Part shown: positions 49,827 to 57,590 of the stretch, one piece after another | Numbering within the stretch: the first letter of the stretch is position 1 | How the letters are laid out: each line of letters begins with the position of its first letter | Source: an uncultured Cardiobacteriales bacterium | GTDB lineage: Bacteria; Pseudomonadota; Gammaproteobacteria; CAYWWW01 | Assembly: GCA_964462205.1 (NCBI GenBank) | Contig: CAYWWW010000007.1 | Span: forward strand, 28,149-92,148 | Reading direction: 5' to 3' | DNA: 64,000 nucleotides | The notes under the pieces: generated by a model | The model's input: only the letters and a program-made list of their open reading frames with translations | Database searches by the model: none | What the model was told of the DNA's origin: nothing | Program-made: the position numbers and the translations under genes

Positions 49827-50228
49827 ATGACCGAATATGAATTAGACGGCCTAGGCGAAGGCAAAAAAGTCGTCATTTTGATGACCAGCGGCCCCTCCAC
49901 CCCGAACCGCTGTGCCACGCCCTTTTATTTGGGCGCGATTTTGGCCTCCATGGAAGTGGAAGTGCATATTTTCTTTACCATGGAAGGCGTGAAACTGATG
50001 CAAAAAGGCATCCCGGAAACCTTAACGGCGATGGCTGGCGGCAAAACCATCATTGACTTTATCCGCGATGCCAAACGCGCCGGTGTCTCCCTGCACCTCT
50101 GTTCTCCGGCCTTGCCGGGCTATAACATTTCCGAAGAAAGCGATATTATCGCCGAGGTTGATAGCGTAGATCGCGCCAGCGCTTTGGCCGATTTATTATT
50201 GACAGCCGATAAAATTATTACTTTTTAA
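49827..50228 (+). CDS. DsrE-family sulfurtransferase-like protein
   Basis: RCATPF, VHIFFTMEGV, LHLC; located between two lbpA genes. Confidence 0.85.
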   Translation: MTEYELDGLGEGKKVVILMTSGPSTPNRCATPFYLGAILASMEVEVHIFFTMEGVKLMQKGIPETLTAMAGGKTIIDFIRDAKRAGVSLHLCSPALPGYNISEESDIIAEVDSVDRASALADLLLTADKIITF

Positions 50229-50257
50229 CTTTTTACTACCACAACAAGGAGCTATTT

Positions 50258-50698
50258 ATGGCAACAATCAATGGTTGCGACATTCCAAGCGATCTTTTTT
50301 ATAACGTCGAAAACAACGTCTGGGCACGCAAAGAAGCCGATGGCACGGTAACAGTCGGTTTGACTTCCTATGCGTGTTCTCTGGCCGGTGCCATTGTTTC
50401 TTACACCCCGAAAAAAGCCGGTAAAGAAGTCGCCAAAGACAAATCTTGCGCCACCGTTGAATCCGGCAAATGGGTCGGCCCGGTCAAAACGCCGGTTACT
50501 GGCGAAGTCATTGCCATCAACGACAAAGTTGCCGCCAAACCAGGACTTATCAACGAAAGCCCGTATGCCGATGGTTGGATTGTCAAAATGAAAGCCACGA
50601 ATTGGGATGCCGAAGTTGCCGAACTCAAAACCGGCGGCGATGCCGAAACTGGCTTCAAAGACAAAATGGCAGCGGATAATTTCGCTGGTTGCAATTAA
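50258..50698 (+). CDS. lbpA2: Lipoate-binding protein (GcvH-like)
   Basis: TVESGKWVGP; NGC at the N-terminus and GCN at the C-terminus; strong RBS. Confidence 0.87.
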   Translation: MATINGCDIPSDLFYNVENNVWARKEADGTVTVGLTSYACSLAGAIVSYTPKKAGKEVAKDKSCATVESGKWVGPVKTPVTGEVIAINDKVAAKPGLINESPYADGWIVKMKATNWDAEVAELKTGGDAETGFKDKMAADNFAGCN

Positions 50699-50731
50699 GC
50701 GCCATTTCTGCTTGCCTAAAGCCTAAACCCT

Positions 50732-50765
50732 AAAGACAGGTGCGTGTATCTCGCCCTGTCTTTTT
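50732..50765 (+). terminator. Terminator/attenuating hairpin after lbpA2
   Basis: AAAGACAGG...CCTGTCTTTTT. Confidence 0.65.
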
Positions 50766-50789
50766 CTTTATTTTTTAGTGAGTTGTTTT

Positions 50790-51911
50790 ATGTCCCATTG
50801 GCAAGATACTTTAAGTCGCGTCGAAGCGCTGGAAGATTTAGCTTTTGACAGCGGTTTGGTTGCCCGTTTGGAACGCCTGCCATCGGTCAGTCAAGCCCAG
50901 CATTTCTACACGCCATCCTTCAAAAAATATCAAAGCAGCGAATTGTCCTGCGGCAAAAGCGCTTGGCCAGCCATTTCGATTACCGGTGGCGACTGCGCCC
51001 TGCAATGCGATCATTGCAAAGCCAAAATTTTAGAACCGATGCTTGCCGCCCGCAGTCCTGATGCCCTGTGGCGCTTGGTTAATCAACAGATTGAACAAGG
51101 CGCTGAAGGGATGCTTCTGACCGGCGGCTCCAATTTACGCAACGAAGTCGAATACGACACCTATTACCCGATTGTTCGTAACATCAAAGACCAATTTCCC
51201 GCCTTTCGCATTGCCGTCCATACTGCTTTGGTCACACCGGCGATTGCCGAGCGCATGGACGATGCCGGTATTGACGTGGCGATGATGGATGTGATTGGCG
51301 CCCAAGATACCATCACCCAAGTCTATCATCTCAAAAGAAAAGTCGAAGATTTTGAACGCACCCTCGAAGCCCTCGTCCACACCAAGATGCGCGTGGTGCC
51401 GCATATCGTCATCGGTTTGCACTACGGACATCTGCTAGGTGAGTGGAATGCTTTAGAAATCATTGCGCGTCAGCATCCCGATGCCGTGGTTTTGGTGGTG
51501 GTAATGCCGTTTTATGCGCCGGATGTCCGGCCATTTGTAACGCCCGATGTCCATGCCGTCGGCAGTTTTTTCCACGATGCCCGCGCTGCTTTGCCCGCTA
51601 CGCCTTTGCTGTTGGGGTGCGCCCGTCCAGCCGGTCAAGCCAAGTCTTTGATTGATAGCTATGCGGTGATGGCCGGTATCAGCGGCATTGCCCATCCTGC
51701 CGAGGGTGTCGTTGAATTGGCGGCGCGTTTGGGACGACAAGTGCGCGTGTCGCATACCTGTTGCTCCATGGCCGTTGGTGACGAAATCATGGCGCATCAC
51801 AATGACTTAGGCGTTGCTATTGATTTAGAAACGATTTTGCAACACGAACAGCAAGCCCGCGCTGCCAAGGTCAAAAGCCGCCTGCAAAGCATTCCGATTG
51901 TGGTGGCCTAA
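50790..51911 (+). CDS. lipS1: Radical SAM lipoyl synthase LipS1
   Basis: CALQCDHC; GCAR and CC motifs characteristic of LipS1. Confidence 0.85.
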   Translation: MSHWQDTLSRVEALEDLAFDSGLVARLERLPSVSQAQHFYTPSFKKYQSSELSCGKSAWPAISITGGDCALQCDHCKAKILEPMLAARSPDALWRLVNQQIEQGAEGMLLTGGSNLRNEVEYDTYYPIVRNIKDQFPAFRIAVHTALVTPAIAERMDDAGIDVAMMDVIGAQDTITQVYHLKRKVEDFERTLEALVHTKMRVVPHIVIGLHYGHLLGEWNALEIIARQHPDAVVLVVVMPFYAPDVRPFVTPDVHAVGSFFHDARAALPATPLLLGCARPAGQAKSLIDSYAVMAGISGIAHPAEGVVELAARLGRQVRVSHTCCSMAVGDEIMAHHNDLGVAIDLETILQHEQQARAAKVKSRLQSIPIVVA

Positions 51912-52982
51912 ATGTGGCGGGTGATTGATACCGGAATTTTATCAGCGGCGGAAAATATCGCTTATAATCAAGCGCTTTTATCCTGTCAGGCGCATCCCAA
52001 TGCCACGCCAGTTTTACGTTTTTTACGTTTTACGCCTTCGGCTTTGATAGGTTTCCATCAAGCCGTCGAACAAGAGCTGCATGTGGAATTTTGCCTGCAA
52101 CAGCAAATTGCCATCCAACGGCGCATCACCGGCGGCGGCGCGATTTATTTCGATGAAAAACAATTGGGTTGGGAACTCTATTTCAAAAAATCCCAAGTCG
52201 GCATGGCCGATATGACCGCCTTGGCGGCAAAAATTTGTACCGCAGCAGCGGCGAGTTTGACGCCCTTTTTAGCGCCCGTTGGCTTGGAAGCAAAATTCCG
52301 CCCACGCAACGACATTGAAGTCAACGGTCGGAAAATTTCCGGTACGGGTGGCGTTTTTGATGGCGATTGCGTTTTATATCAAGGCACTTTACTGATTGAT
52401 TTTAATATTGAAAGAATGCTGAAAGTCTTACGCATTCCTGCCGAAAAACTCTCCGATAAAGCCATCGCTTCGGCGGCTGAACGGGTCACGTCGCTCAAGG
52501 CTTTGCTGCCGGAACTGCCGGATGTAGAACAAATTTACGCCGCTATGCAGCAAGCCTTTGCCAAAGCCTTTGCCGCTGATTTTGCGCTTGGCACCTTGAC
52601 AGTCGAGGAACAAGCTGCTTACCGTGAATCTTTGCAAGAAATTCAAACTCCTGAGTGGATTTTTCAAAAACAAGCGCCGCCTGAAGACGCGCCACTCTTG
52701 ACCGCCATGCAAAAAACCCCAGGCGGTTTGCTCAAAGTTGCGCTTGCTTACGACAAAGAACGCAGTCTTATCAAACAAGTCTGGCTTACCGGCGATTTTT
52801 TCCTCGAACCCCGTCGCGCCGTGGTGGATTTAGAGGCGGCTTTGAAAGACACGCCGCTCGCGGCGATGCCTTTGATTGTCCGTGAATTTTTCAGCAAAAA
52901 CGCTTTGTGGGCCTTGCAATTGACAGCGGAAGATTTTATTCAAGTCATTGAACTCGCGGTGAAAAGTGGCGATGGACAGTGA
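51912..52982 (+). CDS. Lipoate/octanoate-protein ligase, sLpl(AB) type
   Basis: RRITGGGA, NDIEVNGRKISGTG, C-terminal TGDFF accessory domain. Confidence 0.88.
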   Translation: MWRVIDTGILSAAENIAYNQALLSCQAHPNATPVLRFLRFTPSALIGFHQAVEQELHVEFCLQQQIAIQRRITGGGAIYFDEKQLGWELYFKKSQVGMADMTALAAKICTAAAASLTPFLAPVGLEAKFRPRNDIEVNGRKISGTGGVFDGDCVLYQGTLLIDFNIERMLKVLRIPAEKLSDKAIASAAERVTSLKALLPELPDVEQIYAAMQQAFAKAFAADFALGTLTVEEQAAYRESLQEIQTPEWIFQKQAPPEDAPLLTAMQKTPGGLLKVALAYDKERSLIKQVWLTGDFFLEPRRAVVDLEAALKDTPLAAMPLIVREFFSKNALWALQLTAEDFIQVIELAVKSGDGQ

Positions 52983-54072
52983 TTTTTTCAACCAAGCCGA
53001 TACGACGTTGACCGTTGATCTGCTGATCGTGGGTTTGGGTCCGGCGGGTGCAGCAGCCGCCAAAACCGCAGCAGCGGCGGGTTTGCGGGTTTTAGGTATT
53101 GATAGAAATAAAGTTTTAGGCGAACCCGTACAATGTGCTGAATTTGTTCCTTTACCGGCCGGTAAATACTGCCACGGTCTGATTCAGCAAAGCATTGAAA
53201 AGATGCGAACTTTTCTGCCCTCCGCTGCCGAAGAATGGTCAGATTTTCCCGGACTGATGATTGATCGCGCTGCCTTTGATCGGCAGTTTTCCGAGGCTGC
53301 GCAAGCCTTAGGCGCGCTGATTTTGGCCAAAACGCAGTTTGTAGAACTTTTGAATGAAAATACGGCGCTGATCCAGCATTTCAATGCCGAAGCAACCAAA
53401 GTAACGAAAAAAGTGAAGTTTAGCTTTGTGATCGCCGCTGACGGTCCGCATTCCCCCGTGGCGCAGGCGCTTGGGCTTCCGCCGTTGCCGACGGTGCAAA
53501 CCCGTCAATATACCGTGCCTTTGACTGCGTCTTATGCGGCCACCGATATTTGGCTGTCCGACCGTTATCCTGGTGGTTATGCTTGGCTTTTTCCCAAAGG
53601 CACCGTGGCCAATCTGGGCTTAGGTACGGATCGCGCCTGGGCATCTGATATGAAAACACCTTTAGATCAATTACATCAAGAACTTATCGCTGAAGATCGC
53701 GTCGGCACGGCGATTTTAGCGCGTACCGGTGGCGCGATTCCGGTCGGTGGTTTGCGTGACCCCTTGATTTATAAAAATTGTTTATTTGCTGGTGATGCCG
53801 GTGGCTTTATTCACCCCATCACCGGTGCCGGTATTTTACCCGCCGTGGTGTCCGGCGAGGCAGCAGCCAAGGCCGTGGTGGCGGCGCTGCATTCGGATGC
53901 CGCTGCTTTGGCTGAGTATGCCGAAGATATGCAGGATCAATTTGCCGATAGCTTGGAGCGTGCGGTGGCACGTCGCGCTGAACTCGCCAAAATCTGGCAT
54001 ACGCCAGCGGCGCAGCAGGATGCCGCCATGCGTCGTGGTTGGACGGCTTTCCCCGAATATTTTTCCGCTTAA
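52972..54072 (+). CDS. lipT: Geranylgeranyl-reductase-like FAD oxidoreductase (LipT)
   Basis: GLGPAG, PVQCAE, AADG, GYAWLFP, AGDAGG..HPITGAGI; position in the lip cluster. Confidence 0.8.
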   Translation: MDSDFFNQADTTLTVDLLIVGLGPAGAAAAKTAAAAGLRVLGIDRNKVLGEPVQCAEFVPLPAGKYCHGLIQQSIEKMRTFLPSAAEEWSDFPGLMIDRAAFDRQFSEAAQALGALILAKTQFVELLNENTALIQHFNAEATKVTKKVKFSFVIAADGPHSPVAQALGLPPLPTVQTRQYTVPLTASYAATDIWLSDRYPGGYAWLFPKGTVANLGLGTDRAWASDMKTPLDQLHQELIAEDRVGTAILARTGGAIPVGGLRDPLIYKNCLFAGDAGGFIHPITGAGILPAVVSGEAAAKAVVAALHSDAAALAEYAEDMQDQFADSLERAVARRAELAKIWHTPAAQQDAAMRRGWTAFPEYFSA

Positions 54073-54140
54073 TTTCCCGGCCTAGTTTTTACACGGTTTT
54101 TACGCTTAACTTTTTACGCTTAATTTTTTGGGAGTGCGCT

Positions 54141-55286
54141 ATGTCGGTTTTATCGCAAGATGTTTCACCAATTAACTTTTATCGTCCTGATTATCATAAA
54201 AAAACACCGACGATGCGCTCGCCGGAATATGTGCAATTATCCACCGCCGCGGCTATTACTTTAGGTTTGTTGCCAGGCAATATGCACCGCACCTCTTGCA
54301 CGCATTGCCTTAACTTATTGGTAACGTATCCCGAAGGTTGCCGCGCCAATTGTGCCTATTGCGGTTTAGCCCGCCATCGCGAAGAAGCGCGGGATTATGC
54401 GGATCGCAATTTTATCCGCGTGGATTGGCCAACAGTGCGCTACGAAGAAGTTATTGATCGCGTTCAAAAAAATCAAGACCTTGGTCAATTTCAACGCATG
54501 TGTATTTCCATGATTACGCATCCCAATTCCGACGAAGACACCGTGACCTTGTTAAAGCAATGGGTGAAAGCTGTGCCGCGCATTCCGGTGTCTATTTTGT
54601 CCAATCCAACTTCCATGGAATACCATGATTTGGTTAATTTACGCGACTTAGGTGCCGATATTTTCACCGTGGCTTTGGATGCGGTGACGCCGGAGATTTT
54701 CGAGCGTACCCGTGGCAAAACCGTGGATAGTCCACATAGCTTTGAAAAATATTGGCAAGCTATTGAATGGTCGGCAGAAATTTTTGGTGCCGAAAAATTT
54801 GGCGCCCATTTGATCGTCGGCATGGGCGAAACCGAACAGGAATCTTTAGACGTTTGCCAAAAAATCTGCGATTTGGGCGGACATAACCACATGTTTGCCT
54901 TCTTTCCTGAAGCCGGTTCCTTGATGGAAGATTGGCCAGCGGTGGACAAAGCGCAATGGCGGCGGGTGCAACTGGCGCGTTTTCTGATTGATTATGTTGG
55001 TGTTTCTATCAAAGACATGAAATTTAACAGCCAAGGCCAAGTAGTGGACTACGGCTTAAATCAAGATGAGTTAGAAGCCATTATTCAAGCCGGCAAACCG
55101 TTTCAAACCTCCGGTTGTCCGGGCAAAGATGACGAAGAAATCTCGGCGTGTAACCGTCCCTATGGCGATTCCAGCCCGACTGATATTCGCTCTTTTCCTT
55201 TTGCGCTCAACGACAAAGACGTGCATTACGTCCGTCGGCAGATGAGCGGCGAAGATGTTGGTACTTTTGATCATGATGGACAGTGA
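54141..55286 (+). CDS. lipS2: Radical SAM lipoyl synthase LipS2
   Basis: CRANCAYC; TSGCP...CNRP motif; start placed at MSVLS after GGAG. Confidence 0.85.
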   Translation: MSVLSQDVSPINFYRPDYHKKTPTMRSPEYVQLSTAAAITLGLLPGNMHRTSCTHCLNLLVTYPEGCRANCAYCGLARHREEARDYADRNFIRVDWPTVRYEEVIDRVQKNQDLGQFQRMCISMITHPNSDEDTVTLLKQWVKAVPRIPVSILSNPTSMEYHDLVNLRDLGADIFTVALDAVTPEIFERTRGKTVDSPHSFEKYWQAIEWSAEIFGAEKFGAHLIVGMGETEQESLDVCQKICDLGGHNHMFAFFPEAGSLMEDWPAVDKAQWRRVQLARFLIDYVGVSIKDMKFNSQGQVVDYGLNQDELEAIIQAGKPFQTSGCPGKDDEEISACNRPYGDSSPTDIRSFPFALNDKDVHYVRRQMSGEDVGTFDHDGQ

Positions 55287-55307
55287 TTTTTTTGTTGAGA
55301 AAAGAAG

Positions 55308-55526
55308 ATGACTAAGTCATTTAATGTATTGATTGAAAAGGATAGCGAAGGCTACTTTATTGCTTCGGTGCCCGCTTTGCCAGGTTGTCATACGCAAGCT
55401 GCTTCTTTGGATACTTTGCTTGAGCGAATTCGTGAAGCGATTGCTTTGTACCAAGAAGTGCTGCTCGCGCAAGGAGCTGAGATAAACTCGCTAGAGTTTG
55501 TTGGTATTCAAAAAGTTATGCTATGA
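55308..55526 (+). CDS. hicB: HicB-family antitoxin (short form)
   Basis: YFIASVPALPGCHTQA..L.ERIREAI. Confidence 0.9.
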   Translation: MTKSFNVLIEKDSEGYFIASVPALPGCHTQAASLDTLLERIREAIALYQEVLLAQGAEINSLEFVGIQKVML

Positions 55527-55747
55527 GTAAACTGCCAGCTTTGACCGGAAAGGCGCTTGTGGAAGCGCTAAAACGTGCCGGTTTTCAGGTAGTACGAGTG
55601 AAAGGCAGTCATTATTTTATGCAGCATCCCGATGACCGTATCACCGTTGTACCTGTACACAGCGGAGAAATCATCGGACCGGGCTTGCTTATGAAGATTT
55701 TGCGTGATTGCGAGTTATCAAAGGATGATTTGCAGGCATTCTTATAA
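55523..55747 (+). CDS. hicA: HicA-family mRNA interferase toxin
   Basis: GF..VRVKGSH..M.H, VVPVH, GLLMKIL. Confidence 0.92.
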   Translation: MSKLPALTGKALVEALKRAGFQVVRVKGSHYFMQHPDDRITVVPVHSGEIIGPGLLMKILRDCELSKDDLQAFL

Positions 55748-55795
55748 AAATTTTTCTTTAAGGCTTTGGAAAACCAAAGCCTTTTTTATGGAGTT

Positions 55796-56224
55796 ATGAT
55801 GAAATCATTAAAAGTGACTAGTGTGCAAGAAATGCGCAATGAATTGAATAAATACAAAAAAGGTAAAAAGTTTGATATCAACCAATTTAATCAACTGGCG
55901 CGTTTGGCGTGGTTGGGAAAATTAAGCCTGCAACCTTTGGAACCGGAAGATGCCGACTGTACGGCGCTATTAGCACATGTTGACTATCCAGATGTTTTTC
56001 AAAGCAATTTTTTGAATATAGATCAGGAATTGCTTGGCCATATTTTTATCGTGGATGGCGAACAAGGCGAAGCCTTAATGGCGATTTTACGGCAAGGGGT
56101 GCAAGATCGTGCCTATTTATTATCGGATTTAAATAAACGCGATTTTTATCTCTCGGAATTTTATCGGCCAAAACCGGAAAAAGCGCTAGAGCCACCAGCG
56201 CCAGATGCTGAAAGTGGCCATTAA
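55796..56224 (+). CDS. Hypothetical protein
   Basis: GGAG RBS, clean ORF, same strand as the lip cluster; no family recognised. Confidence 0.7.
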   Translation: MMKSLKVTSVQEMRNELNKYKKGKKFDINQFNQLARLAWLGKLSLQPLEPEDADCTALLAHVDYPDVFQSNFLNIDQELLGHIFIVDGEQGEALMAILRQGVQDRAYLLSDLNKRDFYLSEFYRPKPEKALEPPAPDAESGH

Positions 56225-56260
56225 CCCTTTTTAGCGCCTCTTTTGGGCGCTTATTTGGCT

Positions 56261-57220
56261 ATGAAAGTTTATCAACTAGAAACCATTACCCCCTTATTTT
56301 TTTACCAAGCGATTCAGTATTTTGCGCATTCCAATCCAGGCGAATATCTGCTGTGGGCAAAGTTATCGCCTGGGCATTACAGTTTAGGTGCCGGACAAAC
56401 GGCAGTGGAACTCAATGTGTCGCAAGCAAGCGCACAGGGACGCTTGATTTTACGGCGGCCTACCGGTGGCGGCTTGGTTTGGGTCGAGCAAGAGTATGTT
56501 TTTGCAGTATTATTACCGTTAAAGCATCGCTTGGCTAAAGAAAAAATGCTCCTTCAGTGGATGCAGCAGTTTTATCAGCAGTTGGGTGTTAGTACCACTC
56601 TGATTCATAACGATCTTTGGCATGAGCAGCGCAAATTGGCCGGTAGCGCCAGCGCACATCTCGGCAGGCATTGGGTGTTTACTAGCAGCTTTTTGCAAAA
56701 GTTTTCCCCAGAAAATTTTGTTAAGGATTTAATTTTTAAGCATGATTTAGCAGCCGCTTGGTTTGTTGCAGCACTCAAAAGTCAGATGACCGATGCCGAA
56801 ACTTTAGGGGTTGCCAAAGACTTTCCGGCGGCCACGCAGTTATGGCAGGAAGTATTAGCCGCGCATTTTGGCCAAGGGTTATCTTGGTCTTATTTAAGTA
56901 TTTTTGAAAAGCAACAGATTGAAAATACAGAGGTTGAAGCAAGCCTCGACGATGACGATATATCCTTTGAACGCCGTTTGCCGGGTGCTTATAAAATTCG
57001 TCAAGGCAGTTATCTTTTTGATCAAGCAGATTTATTACTGTGGTTGAGCGATGGTTGGGTACAACGTCTAGCTATGCCTCTGCCTTTAGAGAGCAAGCCT
57101 TATTCAGCAGCCGCTTTCTGGCGGGATTTGCAAGCGCAACCAGGACAAGTTTCCTTAACTACTTTTCAATGTTTTCAAAAATTTTGGCAGAAAATTCACG
57201 ATGAATATCCCGACAATTGA
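56261..57220 (+). CDS. Second LplA/LipM-family ligase/transferase (divergent)
   Basis: RRPTGGG and NDLW...RKLAGSA motifs. Confidence 0.75.
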   Translation: MKVYQLETITPLFFYQAIQYFAHSNPGEYLLWAKLSPGHYSLGAGQTAVELNVSQASAQGRLILRRPTGGGLVWVEQEYVFAVLLPLKHRLAKEKMLLQWMQQFYQQLGVSTTLIHNDLWHEQRKLAGSASAHLGRHWVFTSSFLQKFSPENFVKDLIFKHDLAAAWFVAALKSQMTDAETLGVAKDFPAATQLWQEVLAAHFGQGLSWSYLSIFEKQQIENTEVEASLDDDDISFERRLPGAYKIRQGSYLFDQADLLLWLSDGWVQRLAMPLPLESKPYSAAAFWRDLQAQPGQVSLTTFQCFQKFWQKIHDEYPDN

Positions 57221-57587
57221 AGCGCGTTTACAAAAACGCTTAATCTGGTTTTCTTCTGATCAAGTCCTATTAAAAACCTTGCAAGAACAACTGCCAAAAG
57301 ACTGGCAAGTGGTGGCAACGGTGGATTTAACGACTTTGGGTGAGTGGAATAATCTCCTGCTTTATCGCTTTATGCTTTTGGATTTACAGGAAAATAATCC
57401 ATACGATCCTTTAGAAATTATTGAAATCATTCGCCGCGAGTATCAAATCAATCTGCCAGTATTTTGTTTTGATGGCGATCTTGAACTTCAAAATGCCATG
57501 CGTTTGGCTCGTGCCGACCGTTTTTTCCAACGAGATGAAATTATTGAAAAAGCAAAAACTTTTTGCGAACAGTACAACTGGGGGTAA
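57201..57587 (+). CDS. Hypothetical protein, possibly a degenerate receiver-domain fold
   Basis: 128 aa with alternating beta/alpha pattern (FMLLDL, LPVFCF, ARADRFF); overlaps the upstream gene. Confidence 0.55.
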   Translation: MNIPTIEARLQKRLIWFSSDQVLLKTLQEQLPKDWQVVATVDLTTLGEWNNLLLYRFMLLDLQENNPYDPLEIIEIIRREYQINLPVFCFDGDLELQNAMRLARADRFFQRDEIIEKAKTFCEQYNWG

Positions 57588-57590
57588 GGG

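Noticed and set aside
49375-50698. Glycine cleavage system H proteins
   Set aside because: No gcvP/gcvT; the ESGKW motif, terminal cysteines and dsrE/lipS1/lipS2 context indicate LbpA
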